Numbered from the stretch's first letter, positions 1 through 9,354 are shown. The stretch: DNA of 64,000 bases from Oscillospiraceae bacterium (GCA_963654365.1 CAVJZP010000002.1:639-64638), one strand, 5' to 3'. Made by a program: numbers and translations. Notes: generated from the sequence alone by a model not told the origin.

Positions 1-722
1 TTAAGGACAAGTCCGACGACTTCGGGAACCCTCTTCATCAGTTCCTTAGCGAATTCCTTGATTCCTTTGATCTCGCTTCTTGTGACAATCAGAGTCACAA
101 GAGCCTGACTCTGCTCTGTATTGGTCTTGATCAGGAAATGGCGGATCAGTCCGAACTGCGCATCCTCATGATAAGGAGTGTACTTATACTTTTCAAACAT
201 CTCGACTAGGATATTGCTGATTTTAGAGGAGAGCACAGATTCCATAAGACAGTCCTCTACTCCAATTAAGTTATGCGTGCCGGACTGATAGAATCCGGCT
301 TTGATCTTCTTTTTCTTGTTGTCGAAGCGGACCGGTTTCTGAACCTTGTTTCGGAAACGGACCGGATTTTCAAGTCCAAGACACATCGGAACATCAAAGT
401 CGATCTTGGCAAACTTATGAAGGAGATCTTTCACCTTCTTCGTCTTGTACTCCAACTGGCTAGGATAAGAAAGATGCATGATCTGACATCCGCCGCAGTT
501 CGGGTAATATTTACAGGCAGGATGGACACGGGAAGGAGAATCATTGTATCTTTTCAGCACTTTGGCATCCTCTAATTTCCCGTATCGGAAATCCGTCTGG
601 ATATCCGCTGTCTCACCTGGCAACAGATTATCGAGAAAACAGGTCGTATCATCGATTCTCACGATGCCTTTTCCAAAGTCATCCAAGGAGAGACAAGTCG
701 CTTTACTTACACGTCTAGACAT
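1..722 (-). CDS. RumA/TrmA-family RNA (uracil-5-)-methyltransferase, N-terminal part; the 3' end of the gene runs off the window
   Basis: Reverse-strand ORF starts at ATG 722..720 and is open to position 1. Manual translation: MSRRVSKATCLSLDDFGKGIVRIDDTT... (TRAM-like N-terminus). Contains the Cys cluster C-x5-C-x2-C (CKYYPNCGGC) typical of RumA/RlmD 4Fe-4S methyltransferases. Its start overlaps the stop of the upstream gene (TGATG). Confidence 0.6.
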   Translation of the reverse strand, partial: MSRRVSKATCLSLDDFGKGIVRIDDTTCFLDNLLPGETADIQTDFRYGKLEDAKVLKRYNDSPSRVHPACKYYPNCGGCQIMHLSYPSQLEYKTKKVKDLLHKFAKIDFDVPMCLGLENPVRFRNKVQKPVRFDNKKKKIKAGFYQSGTHNLIGVEDCLMESVLSSKISNILVEMFEKYKYTPYHEDAQFGLIRHFLIKTNTEQSQALVTLIVTRSEIKGIKEFAKELMKRVPEVVGLVL

Positions 723-1831
723 CACTCGTCCTCCTTTTCATACTGTTCTCTTAAGAACTCGGCAATGATCCTGACATCCTCGATGCAGTTCATGATGATG
801 CGCTTTTCGCTTTCATGCCTTTTGAAATACTCTTCCATGAACTGCATATAGAGCATGAAGATGCGATAGGAGGATTCATAAGTCAGCATCAAGGCGACAT
901 CCTTGATGCTCTTCTCATTGGCGTAGAAGAAGATTGGAGAGGAGTGAGAGATCTCACTCGTTCCACGATAGAATTCGTTATAGGCCTCTCTCATTCCGGC
1001 CAATTCATCGACACCATCATTGAAATTGAGCTTAAACTTGGGATGCTTCTCCATGTCGTACTGTTTGCAGTCATAGAGCCATCCGTATTCGAGAAACTTC
1101 TTCATGTCCTTGCTCTTTAGGCCGTGGTCGGTCATCTCTTTCTTGATCTGGTTTTCGAAGACATCGTCTCTTACTTTGTCATCGAACTTGCTCGGAGAGT
1201 AGTACATATTCGAATAGGAGATATGCTTCACATAGGAAAACTTCGCCTCATCTCCGTTGTTGACGAGAAGATAGAGAGTGGACTCACTCTCATGGATTGT
1301 TCTCCAGGAGACATAGGCATCAAGATAAAGACCTAAGACAAGCATTCGGCAGAATCCGGAAATCTTTCGGAACGTCGTCTCAAAAAGGTCGTTCATAAGA
1401 GAGAAGTTGGGATCATGTCTAGCCAGAGGCTCATTGACGCTCTCTAAGGCCATGGTGGCAGTAGAGAGAGTGCTCACATAATGGTCATAAGGCTTCATTC
1501 CGGAAGTGTAGGATCCATTATTCTCCGCTGTTCTTGAGGAGACGTATTTGTTCGCCACCTTCAAGGCAAGATCATCATAGGTCAGTTTCTGCTTAAGTTT
1601 CGGACCCATCTCGGAATAGAACTCGTATTCACCGATGCAGAAGTCGATCATCAAAGAGAGCGCGACCTTCTTCTTGAATCCAGAGAGTTCCTTTTCAAAG
1701 GAAAGATCCTTGCACATATGGATGACGCGCAAAAAGATCTCCTTGATCGGTTCTTCCTCTTTTTCCTTATGCTTCCTTTCCATCTGGAGATTGAAGATCT
1801 CTTCTATCTCCTTGTCCTCAGGAAATGTCAT
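722..1831 (-). CDS. hypothetical protein of 369 aa, acidic and Lys/Glu-rich at both termini
   Basis: Long ORF with a good RBS (GGAAGGAGA) 6 nt upstream of ATG 1831. I recognise no family motif. It is translationally coupled to the downstream methyltransferase. Confidence 0.5.
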   Translation of the reverse strand: MTFPEDKEIEEIFNLQMERKHKEKEEEPIKEIFLRVIHMCKDLSFEKELSGFKKKVALSLMIDFCIGEYEFYSEMGPKLKQKLTYDDLALKVANKYVSSRTAENNGSYTSGMKPYDHYVSTLSTATMALESVNEPLARHDPNFSLMNDLFETTFRKISGFCRMLVLGLYLDAYVSWRTIHESESTLYLLVNNGDEAKFSYVKHISYSNMYYSPSKFDDKVRDDVFENQIKKEMTDHGLKSKDMKKFLEYGWLYDCKQYDMEKHPKFKLNFNDGVDELAGMREAYNEFYRGTSEISHSSPIFFYANEKSIKDVALMLTYESSYRIFMLYMQFMEEYFKRHESEKRIIMNCIEDVRIIAEFLREQYEKEDE

Positions 1832-2954
1832 GTCCTAGTCTCCTTCCTATTTTATAGCCTTCGAGTAAGGATAGTCCCATATTGTAACCGCCGCAGATAA
1901 AGTTCTGATCGAGCATCTCACCGGCAAGATAGATGTGAGGGAATCTCTTCGCTTCCATCGTATCTAAGTTCACCTCCGATAAAAGGATGCCTCCATAGGA
2001 TATCTGACTTTGCTGAAACGGATATAAGGAAGAGAAGGAGAAAGAAAACTTTCCCTTCTCTTTTTCCTTATTCTCCTCTAGATACCTTCTGAGGAAGTAA
2101 GGATAAGAGGAATACGAGCAGTGGATATCTTTCTCAAGATAGGTAAACTCATACTGGAAAGAAGCATTTCTGTTCTTTCTTCTCTCATTGAGGAGGAAGA
2201 GTGTCGAATCAAAGACACAGATTCCAGAGATTCCATCCTCTTTGAAGAGGAGTTCCCCCTCTTCCGAATAGAGGATCTTATCCCCGCTTTTGAGCATCAG
2301 TTTCCCTTTCAGCCTGTTCTTGACTAGATACGAGGGAATCTTCTCCTTTACTTTCACAGGACATAAGCAAGGAGAGAAAGGATAAGAAGAGAAGAAGGAA
2401 AGAAGAGAATCATCATAGTCTAGTCTGTCCAGGCTTTTCCCGCCTAAGGCTAAGACAAGATCCTGATAATGATACTTTTCCTTTCCTTTTTCCGTAAATA
2501 GAGTCACCTCTTTATCCGTATTGCTGATTCCAGTTAAGGTAGCGTGAAGGATAGTCAGATTCTCCCTTCTTTTCAGTTCCTGAAATAGAGTGTTCTGTAA
2601 GCTTTCCGCCCTGTTGAAATAGGGATAATAGAGTTTTCCTTCCTTCGTATAGGGAAAGAGGAGTTCCTCTTTCAGATACGAAAGGAAATCCTTAGCATAA
2701 TTATGGCCAGAGGAAAAGACGACATCCTTTACCGGAGAAAGGAAGGAATCCGAATAGCTCTCCTCATGAAGAAGATCTTCGTTATAGAAGTTCGCTCTTC
2801 CGTTTCCGGAGATAAGGATCCTTTTCCCCAGGACAAAATCGTGTCCTCCTTTTTCGACAAGGAGAACTCTTTTCCGTTTCGATATCTCCAAAGCGGCGAC
2901 AAGACCAGAGGGACCTGCTCCGACGATGATGCAATCAAACGATCTTGCTTCCAT
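1818..2954 (-). CDS. HI0933-family FAD-dependent oxidoreductase (flavoprotein)
   Basis: N-terminal Rossmann motif DCIIVGAGPSGLVAA. It also has the ISGNGRANF motif, which matches the ISGGGRCN block of the HI0933 family. Start chosen at MEARSFDC (ATG 2954) to place GxGxxG about 10 residues in; the longer ORF reaches 3008. Confidence 0.6.
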   Translation of the reverse strand: MEARSFDCIIVGAGPSGLVAALEISKRKRVLLVEKGGHDFVLGKRILISGNGRANFYNEDLLHEESYSDSFLSPVKDVVFSSGHNYAKDFLSYLKEELLFPYTKEGKLYYPYFNRAESLQNTLFQELKRRENLTILHATLTGISNTDKEVTLFTEKGKEKYHYQDLVLALGGKSLDRLDYDDSLLSFFSSYPFSPCLCPVKVKEKIPSYLVKNRLKGKLMLKSGDKILYSEEGELLFKEDGISGICVFDSTLFLLNERRKNRNASFQYEFTYLEKDIHCSYSSYPYFLRRYLEENKEKEKGKFSFSFSSLYPFQQSQISYGGILLSEVNLDTMEAKRFPHIYLAGEMLDQNFICGGYNMGLSLLEGYKIGRRLGHDIS

Positions 2955-3441
2955 TCTCTGCCCTGTCTTTTTTGATGAATTCTCCATTCTTCGGATAGCC
3001 GAAGGCAATGCAGTCTAAGACTTCGTACTCGTTCTCAAGATCAAGGATCTCTTTGAGTGCTTTTCTTCCCGTATCGCTGTTGAGTTCCTCACCAGCGCAG
3101 TGAATCCAGCAGGATCCAATACCTAACGAGGTCGCCTCTAAAAGCGCGTTTTCGATGGCGGCTCCGCAGTTAAGATATTTCAGATGGTCATCCGTTCTGA
3201 CAAAGGAGAAGAGAATCGCATCTGCAGAATAGAATTTTGCACGGATAGAAGGCAGAACAGAATAGAGTTCTTCCTTCTTTTTCTCATCGGAAAGGATGAC
3301 ATAGAAAATCGGTCTTCTGTTACGTCCTGTCGGAGCGACATCACAGGCTTTCCGTATCTTCTCTAAGTCTGTTTTCCCAATCTTTTTCGAAGAGAATTCT
3401 CTTGTCGATACTCTCTTGTTCGCCAATTCCAAAAAATCCAT
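2935..3441 (-). CDS. nitroreductase-family protein
   Basis: 168 aa with a nitroreductase-like N-terminus (..RVSTREFSSKKI...) and a SLGIGSCW core. Strong RBS AGGAGG 8 nt upstream of ATG 3441. Confidence 0.55.
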   Translation of the reverse strand: MDFLELANKRVSTREFSSKKIGKTDLEKIRKACDVAPTGRNRRPIFYVILSDEKKKEELYSVLPSIRAKFYSADAILFSFVRTDDHLKYLNCGAAIENALLEATSLGIGSCWIHCAGEELNSDTGRKALKEILDLENEYEVLDCIAFGYPKNGEFIKKDRAENGSKIV

Positions 3442-3480
3442 TATAAAAGCCTCCTAATCATGTAAGTATTATACCTTACA

Positions 3481-3512
3481 TCGAATAAAAATGCTCCTAG
3501 TTTCCTAGGAGC
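3481..3512 (-). terminator. rho-independent terminator downstream of rpsO
   Basis: On the minus strand: GCTCCTAG-gaaa-CTAGGAGC hairpin followed by AUUUUUAUUCG. Confidence 0.7.
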
Positions 3513-3526
3513 ATAGAGCAAACGAT

Positions 3527-3802
3527 TTACTTCTTCTTGCTAGCGGACTTGACGATGGCAAGAGCCTTCTCGTAACGGGCAGTGTCCGTTCTCTTCAGAT
3601 AGTTGAGGAGGTTGGTACGCTTTGCAATCATGATATCCATACCACGCTTGGAGGAATAGTCATGCTTGTTGTTGGTCATATGGACCGTAAGCTTCTTGAT
3701 CTTCTCGGTGAGAAGAGCAATCTGGACTTCGGAGGAACCGACGTCCTTTTCGTCTCTCTGGCTAGCCTTGATGGCTGCTGTCTTTTCTTCTTTTGTCAAC
3801 AT
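3527..3802 (-). CDS. rpsO: 30S ribosomal protein S15
   Basis: 91 aa, MLTKEEK...GSSEVQIALLTEKIKKLTVHMTNNKHDYSSKRG...; a typical S15 sequence. Confidence 0.9.
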   Translation of the reverse strand: MLTKEEKTAAIKASQRDEKDVGSSEVQIALLTEKIKKLTVHMTNNKHDYSSKRGMDIMIAKRTNLLNYLKRTDTARYEKALAIVKSASKKK

Positions 3803-4053
3803 TTTCGAATACCTCAGTTTACTTTCTGCCTTGTCAACCAGCGGTAGGTGATTTGAGGAACATGCCTCGCGCCAGTCAAAAGACTTGTCTATTATACCTC
3901 TTTTTCATCCCATTGCAACGGAAATCGATTGATTTCTCATCAAAATCCGGAGCAAATTATTTTTGCCCTCTAAATATCGAAAATATGCAAACTAACCATC
4001 TATCCTCCAGAAGACTATCAGTCTTCCTAATATATCCAGTCAGGAAACGATGA

Positions 4054-4509
4054 TGGCGCAAGAATGGCACAAGTGATGGCTCAAACGGTGGCGCAAGTGT
4101 TGGCACTGACTGTGGCACTGAGAATGGCACTGACACCAACTTTGGCACTGACTGTGGCACTGAGAATGACACTAAGGATGGCACTGACACCAACTTTGGC
4201 ACTGACTGTGGCACTGACTATGGCACTGACTATGACACTAAGGATGGCACTGACACCAACTTTGGCACTGACTATGGCACTGACTATGGCACTGACACCA
4301 ACTTTGGCACTGACTATGGCACTGAGTATATATGTACGACAGATGAAGAAAAACTCGTTGAAGCGATAAAAGAGAATCCATTGATTACCATTGAAGAGAT
4401 GATGGGAATTTTAAACAAGTCACGAAGAACAGTTGCAAGGATAATATCTAAGAGTTCTAAAATTACAAGAGTAGGTCCTAATTTTGGAGGCCATTGGGAA
4501 ATCAAGTAA
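4054..4509 (+). pseudogene. promoter-less and start-less 3' remnant of an AlbA_2/RecG-C-like regulator gene, paralogous to the C-terminus of CDS 49859..51424
   Basis: Frame 1 is open from the TGA at 4051 to TAA 4507-4509 but has no ATG/GTG/TTG until 4399. It translates as (GTD[CY]/GTEN/GTDTNF/DTKD)n followed by EEKLVEAIKENPLITIEEMMGILNKSRRTVARIISKSSKITRVGPNFGGHWEIK. That tail aligns with ...DKIIHIIKANPSITRVEMALAIGKSKKTVERIIKNNSIIRFIGSSKGGHWEII of the intact gene. Confidence 0.65.
4066..4329 (+). repeat. tandem 12-nt repeat tract (about 22 units of GGCACTGAC-NNN with 18-nt GGCACTGACACCAACTTT variants), organised in higher-order 54-66-nt super-repeats
   Basis: Direct reading of the sequence. 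The ATG-initiated ORF 4064..4369 and the reverse ORF 3957..4214 in the ORF track are frame artefacts of this tract. Confidence 0.95.
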
Positions 4510-4589
4510 CCTGTGAATAAGCGTCTATCCGTCCTTCTATTCACACTTTTCTCTTTTCCAGCTCTTTTGTTTCTACTATACTAATAGCC

Positions 4590-5447
4590 ATGGATCAATT
4601 CTCTGGTTTTCTTTTCATCGACAAAGAGGAAGGCATCACTTCCCAGGGTGTAGACACGCTCATCAAAAAGAAGTTTTCCATCAAAAAGGTAGGACATTTA
4701 GGTACCTTGGATCCTTTTGCGACCGGTCTTCTCATCATTGGCATCAAGGAAGGAACGAAATTCCTTCCTCTCTTCAAGGACGAGTGGAAGACCTATCAGG
4801 CTACTCTTTTTTTAGGAAAAGAGACCGATACTCTTGATCTGACCGGAACAGTCATCCATGAGAAAGAGGTTCCTTCTCTTTCCGAAGAAAAGATAAAGTC
4901 TGTTCTCTCTTCCTTTTTAGGAAAACAGAAACAGGAAGTCCCCCTTTACAGCGCAAAGCATATCAACGGGGAAAGAAGCTATGCCCTACTTAGAAAAGGA
5001 ATCGATTTCGTTCCTCCGACTGTGGATATCGAAATCAAGAGAATCCAATTATTATCCTATTCTCCAAATGAGATTTCTTTTGAAGTCACCGTCTCTAGAG
5101 GAACCTATATCCGTTCCTTAGGAAGAGATATCGCTTATCGCCTTTCAACAGTCGGACACTTAAAGGCATTAAGAAGAATCGAAGTCGATGATTATCCAAT
5201 CACAAAAGCAAAGAAAATAGAGGATATCACTGTAGATGACATCGTTTCTATTCCCGCCATGTTTCCTTTTATTCCCGTCATTGAACTCGATGAAAGACTC
5301 ACAAAGCGAGTCATCGCCGGAAACGACATCTTTCTCAATAGAGAGGAGGACTTGCTCTTCATTCAAAAAGAGAATCAGCTTTTAGCTTTGTATCGAAAAG
5401 ACAGAGAAGGACATTACATCTGTCAAAGAGGTATCTCCCATGACTAA
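4590..5447 (+). CDS. truB: tRNA pseudouridine(55) synthase
   Basis: GHLGTLDPFATGLL catalytic motif. Overlaps ribF by 8 nt. Confidence 0.9.
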   Translation: MDQFSGFLFIDKEEGITSQGVDTLIKKKFSIKKVGHLGTLDPFATGLLIIGIKEGTKFLPLFKDEWKTYQATLFLGKETDTLDLTGTVIHEKEVPSLSEEKIKSVLSSFLGKQKQEVPLYSAKHINGERSYALLRKGIDFVPPTVDIEIKRIQLLSYSPNEISFEVTVSRGTYIRSLGRDIAYRLSTVGHLKALRRIEVDDYPITKAKKIEDITVDDIVSIPAMFPFIPVIELDERLTKRVIAGNDIFLNREEDLLFIQKENQLLALYRKDREGHYICQRGISHD

Positions 5448-6342
5448 TTATCTATCGATGGAAAAGAAGTATGATTTTCCTCCTCTCTCTTTGGCCATCG
5501 GCCTTTTTGACGGACTCCACAAAGGACATCAGTCCCTCTTTGAAGAGGCAAAAGACTCTCGTTATGAAAGCAGTGTACTCACTTTCTCTTTAAACTGGAA
5601 AAACAGTTTCAAAAGCAAGGATGGAGCCTTGCTTTCCGAAAAAGAAAAAGAAGAGATGCTAAAGCGTTTCTCCATTCAGAACGAGTTCATCCTTCCCTTT
5701 GATGAAAAGACAAAAAACACGTCCAAGGAAGAATTCCTCTCCTTTTTAGTCTCATTGAATGCAAAGAAGATCGTCATAGGAGAAGACTTCACCTTCGGAA
5801 AAAACAAGGAAGGAACAGCCAAAGATCTCTTAGAGCTTCAAAAGCAGGGAATCGAAGTAAAGATTCTTCCGCTTTTGGAGATGGATGGCGGGAAAGTCTC
5901 CTCGACAAGAATCCGTATGCTACTGAAGGAAAAGAACCTAGAGGAAGCTGATCAACTATTAGGTTATCCTTTTTTCTATCAGGGAAAAGTCCTCCACGGA
6001 AAAGAGAACGGAAGAAGACTCTCCTTCCCGACTGCGAATATCAATCTGGAGGAAGGAAAGTTCCGGCTGGATAACGGAGTCTATATGACAAAGACATGGA
6101 TCGACGGCAAATCCTATCTATCCATGACAAACATCGGAAACCATCCAACCATCGATGTCCTGAAAAGAGACATCATCGAAACCAATGTCTTCTCTTTTGA
6201 TGAAGACCTGTACGGCAAAGAGATCAAGGTTGAGTTTCTCTCGTTTATAAGAGAGCAGAAAAGATTTGAGTCCATCACCAAATTAGAAGAACAACTGAAG
6301 AAAGACAGAATGAGTTGCTATAAAAAAGAAGGCCTATTATAA
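5440..6342 (+). CDS. ribF: bifunctional riboflavin kinase / FMN adenylyltransferase
   Basis: GLFDGLHKGHQ nucleotidyltransferase motif, followed by a riboflavin-kinase C-terminal domain. Confidence 0.85.
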   Translation: MTNYLSMEKKYDFPPLSLAIGLFDGLHKGHQSLFEEAKDSRYESSVLTFSLNWKNSFKSKDGALLSEKEKEEMLKRFSIQNEFILPFDEKTKNTSKEEFLSFLVSLNAKKIVIGEDFTFGKNKEGTAKDLLELQKQGIEVKILPLLEMDGGKVSSTRIRMLLKEKNLEEADQLLGYPFFYQGKVLHGKENGRRLSFPTANINLEEGKFRLDNGVYMTKTWIDGKSYLSMTNIGNHPTIDVLKRDIIETNVFSFDEDLYGKEIKVEFLSFIREQKRFESITKLEEQLKKDRMSCYKKEGLL

Positions 6343-6354
6343 GCCTTCTTTTTC
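6321..6354. terminator. bidirectional intrinsic terminator embedded in the overlapping 3' ends of convergent ribF and nrdG
   Basis: AAAAAGAAGGC-ctattataa-GCCTTCTTTTT: an 11-bp stem flanked by an A-tract and a T-tract. Both stop codons (ribF TAA 6340-6342; nrdG TAA on the minus strand at 6339-6337) lie in the loop. Confidence 0.7.
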
Positions 6355-6876
6355 GTTCTCGTTGATTGGTTTTCCGTTGAAATCATCTAACCAGGTGACT
6401 TTACCGGTTTTTCTTGTTTTATCCATATCGATGACACGCTGATTGGAGGATCCTCTCCACTTGATCCTGTTCGGACCAGGATTGAGGGAAGAGACATACT
6501 TTCCATCGACAAGGACATCGATATACTGCATCATCTCCAATTCCGATATCTCCTCATAGAGATAGCCAGTGTAGACCCAGATTGTCTTGTTTGGGAAAAG
6601 ATCCTTGATCCATTTCATCATGCGGGTAGCTTCCTCCCTGTTATCGGGATAGGTTGCTTCTCCGCCAGAGAAAGTGACACCGCTGATCTCCTCTCTGGAA
6701 AGATCCTCTTTTAAGATATCATAGGCCCAAGGTCCACACTCTTTTCCTAGTTCCGGGTTCTGTGCCTCTTTGTTCTGGCATAGCGGGCAGTTATGATTGC
6801 AGCCAGAGCACCATATGACATCCCTTAAGCCAGTTCCGTTGACCTGATTGTTTCGTTCTATTCTGATGATCTTCAT
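6337..6876 (-). CDS. nrdG: anaerobic ribonucleoside-triphosphate reductase activating protein (radical SAM)
   Basis: N-terminal Cys cluster CSGCNHNCPLC, about 180 aa, immediately downstream of nrdD with an ATGA start/stop overlap. Confidence 0.8.
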   Translation of the reverse strand: MKIIRIERNNQVNGTGLRDVIWCSGCNHNCPLCQNKEAQNPELGKECGPWAYDILKEDLSREEISGVTFSGGEATYPDNREEATRMMKWIKDLFPNKTIWVYTGYLYEEISELEMMQYIDVLVDGKYVSSLNPGPNRIKWRGSSNQRVIDMDKTRKTGKVTWLDDFNGKPINENEKEGL

Positions 6877-9143
6877 TACATCGACTTCCTATCGTGTATC
6901 TCTGCCATCTTGGCATCGTTCATCTTTGTCGTTCCAGAGACTTTGGAATATCCTAAGTATCCGCAGACACGGTTGATCTCCGTGATGTTGTTCCCGTGGC
7001 AGACCGGGCAGGTATCGACTCCGTCATCCATCTGAGCGCCGCAGTCATTGCAGTAGCTCTTATCGATGTTGATGCCGAAGTAATAGCCTAATTTCATCGC
7101 TCTATTGACGCACTGAGCGATATAGTCCTCATTCATTCCGCTGGTGAATCGGCAGTATTGGATATGTCCGCCGCTTGCTAGATGGAAGTAGCGGAATTCC
7201 GCATCCTGCTTTTCAAACGGCGTGATGTTCTCCGAGACATGCATATGAAAGGAGTTGGTGAAATAGGCTCTGTCAGAGACATGATGAATGATTCCATACT
7301 TCTTCTTGAACTGCTCCACCTGCGTTCCGCATAAGGATTCTGCCGGAGTTCCATAGATAGCAGCAATATAGGGAATATCTTTCCCGTAATGCGTCTTCTT
7401 CTCTTCGACATAGTCATTGATATGCTTCAGTACTTCATAGCTGAAGGCATGAGGATTATCTTTCTCATCGTAAAGGGACTTCTGGTTATAGAGTTCCTGA
7501 AGTTCGTTCAGAGCCGTGAATCCATAGGAGAAGGTTGCTCTCTTGACGAAAGGTTCAATCGTATCTGTCATATTCAGATAGCCGAATCCACCCTGGCAGT
7601 ACGCAACAGGAATCGAGCTAGCCTTGATCTTGCATAAGAATCCATAGGTCTTGATATGGATGGCGTTGATCATATCGAGATAGTAATCCAAAACTTTATA
7701 GAAATCCTGATTCTCGACCTGTGCCTTTCTTAGAATCATCGGAAGATTCAAAGAGATGGCTCCGCCATTGAATCGACCGGTGAAAACAGGCTTATCGTTT
7801 TCATCCAGCGGATGAAGTCCGCCTTTTTCATAATAGGGAGAGAGATAGGCGCGGCATCCCATCGGAGAGATGATGCTATCGACCCACTCCGGATTCTCTT
7901 TCACATTGTTGTTCTCATCCAAGACCCATCTCGAGACACCGAACTTATGATACTTATGGAAAGTCTTGGCAATAGAAGGCTCATAATGAACGGCGTAGGC
8001 CTCTTTGACTAAAGTCTCATCTGGCATATCCAAAGAAAGCCAGTCCGGATACATCGCCTTGGAAGAGCATTCGATACCCTTCTTGAAGAGCCAGTAAAGT
8101 GGCCTCCCTTCGCTGTGAAGATCCTTGGTGTAAAGAAAGACAAGTTTCGGGAAGATGGCCGGTCTTTTATGGCCTTTGTGTCCCTGTCCTTCTCCTCTTA
8201 CCTTCAAAGCCAGAGACCAGACAAGAGCGGCAAATTTGCTCTCATCGCATCCACCGGTGAAGGTCGTGAAAGGATAGTCTCCACGGCTGGAAGCAACCGT
8301 ATTGAAGGTGTGCTCAAAGCCCTGGAATCCCTGTTCGATATCACGGCTTGTCTTCTTCATGGCGTACTCTTCCTGCTTTACAGGATCAAAGACACCAGAA
8401 ACGGACTTGACCAAATCCTCATACTCCTTTTTATAGCGGAGATAGCTCTTTTCCGCATAAGGAGCCAGGATAGAGTCAATCTCCGGTACAGTGAAGCCAC
8501 CGTACTGCATGGAAGCGCAGTTCAAAGTGAGATCGGAGATCAGATTGCAGGCGGTTCTCACGTCTTTTGGCTCATTATAGCCGATGTTCTCCCATTCAAA
8601 GCCACCACAGAGAACTCTTCCCATATCAAAGAGAGAGCAGTTATAGGTCAAAAGACGCGACGAGATATCATGGATATAAAGATATCCGTCATCGATTGCC
8701 TGTAGTTCTTCCTTGTTCAGAAAAGTCTTTCGGTATAACTGTTTGGAAAAGGCGTTATAGGTCAAGGTACGCTGTGTCGAGACAAGGGCAGAAGTCGTAT
8801 TGGCGTTGCTTCTGTCTGCGATGAAATTGAGCTGATCGACCGTCTTGATGGTCTCATCCATCATGCGGACGAAGTCCTGCTTGTAGTTTCTGTAATCGCG
8901 ATAGGACTTTGCCACTTTGGCATTGACCTTATCCAAAGCAAGCTCAACAAAAACATGCATCTGGGAAACAGGGATCAAGTCGCTATAGTAGAACTTCATC
9001 TCCTTTTCCACAAATTGCTGAATACTGTTCCATTCCTCATCGGAGAGCTTCACATTGACACGGTTTGCACTCTTTGTGACCGCATTCTTAATCTTTGTGA
9101 AATCATAATCGGCGAGACTTTCATCTTTTTTGATGATTTTCAT
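6876..9143 (-). CDS. nrdD: anaerobic ribonucleoside-triphosphate reductase (class III)
   Basis: C-terminal Zn ribbon CNDCG...CPVCHG and glycyl-radical motif RVCGYLG. Start set at MKIIKKDES (ATG 9143) with RBS GGAGGTG; the ORF-track extension to 9215 lacks an RBS. Confidence 0.9.
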   Translation of the reverse strand: MKIIKKDESLADYDFTKIKNAVTKSANRVNVKLSDEEWNSIQQFVEKEMKFYYSDLIPVSQMHVFVELALDKVNAKVAKSYRDYRNYKQDFVRMMDETIKTVDQLNFIADRSNANTTSALVSTQRTLTYNAFSKQLYRKTFLNKEELQAIDDGYLYIHDISSRLLTYNCSLFDMGRVLCGGFEWENIGYNEPKDVRTACNLISDLTLNCASMQYGGFTVPEIDSILAPYAEKSYLRYKKEYEDLVKSVSGVFDPVKQEEYAMKKTSRDIEQGFQGFEHTFNTVASSRGDYPFTTFTGGCDESKFAALVWSLALKVRGEGQGHKGHKRPAIFPKLVFLYTKDLHSEGRPLYWLFKKGIECSSKAMYPDWLSLDMPDETLVKEAYAVHYEPSIAKTFHKYHKFGVSRWVLDENNNVKENPEWVDSIISPMGCRAYLSPYYEKGGLHPLDENDKPVFTGRFNGGAISLNLPMILRKAQVENQDFYKVLDYYLDMINAIHIKTYGFLCKIKASSIPVAYCQGGFGYLNMTDTIEPFVKRATFSYGFTALNELQELYNQKSLYDEKDNPHAFSYEVLKHINDYVEEKKTHYGKDIPYIAAIYGTPAESLCGTQVEQFKKKYGIIHHVSDRAYFTNSFHMHVSENITPFEKQDAEFRYFHLASGGHIQYCRFTSGMNEDYIAQCVNRAMKLGYYFGINIDKSYCNDCGAQMDDGVDTCPVCHGNNITEINRVCGYLGYSKVSGTTKMNDAKMAEIHDRKSM

Positions 9144-9321
9144 AGGCACCTCCCAAATCAGTAGACTAATATCATAATATCGAAAAGGACAAATGAGTAG
9201 ACAAAATTTGCTCACGATTTATGCCTTTTCAAATAAGGCAAAGAAAACAAGGCACGTTTTTGATTTAACAACTTATTCAGAAAAATCATCTATAGAAAGC
9301 TGTCATTGTCCTTGCTTGAAT

Positions 9322-9354
9322 GAGGATAAAAAGAACTCCGTTTTCGCGGAGCTC
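9322..9354 (-). terminator. intrinsic terminator after rbfA, insulating it from nrdD
   Basis: Minus-strand RNA GAGCUCCG-cgaaaa-CGGAGUUC (one G.U pair) followed by UUUUUAUCC. Confidence 0.55.

Noticed and set aside
273-768. Plus-strand ORFs 273..575 and 544..768
   Set aside because: They are antisense to the RumA-like methyltransferase ORF, which has a diagnostic Cys cluster. No RBS.
4064-4369. ATG-initiated 101-aa ORF (MAQVMAQTVAQ...LALTVALRMA...) and reverse 85-aa ORF 3957..4214 across the repeat tract
   Set aside because: Both are alternative-frame readings of the 12-nt tandem repeat. Only frame 1 continues into a domain with homology to a real protein (the HTH of 49859..51424), and that frame lacks a start. 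Low-complexity products are typical repeat artefacts.
9144-9330. NrdR box upstream of nrdD
   Set aside because: I looked for the acaCwAtATaTwGtgt-type palindrome and found only an imperfect ATATTATGATATTA direct-repeat-like segment. Not convincing without a genome-wide search.
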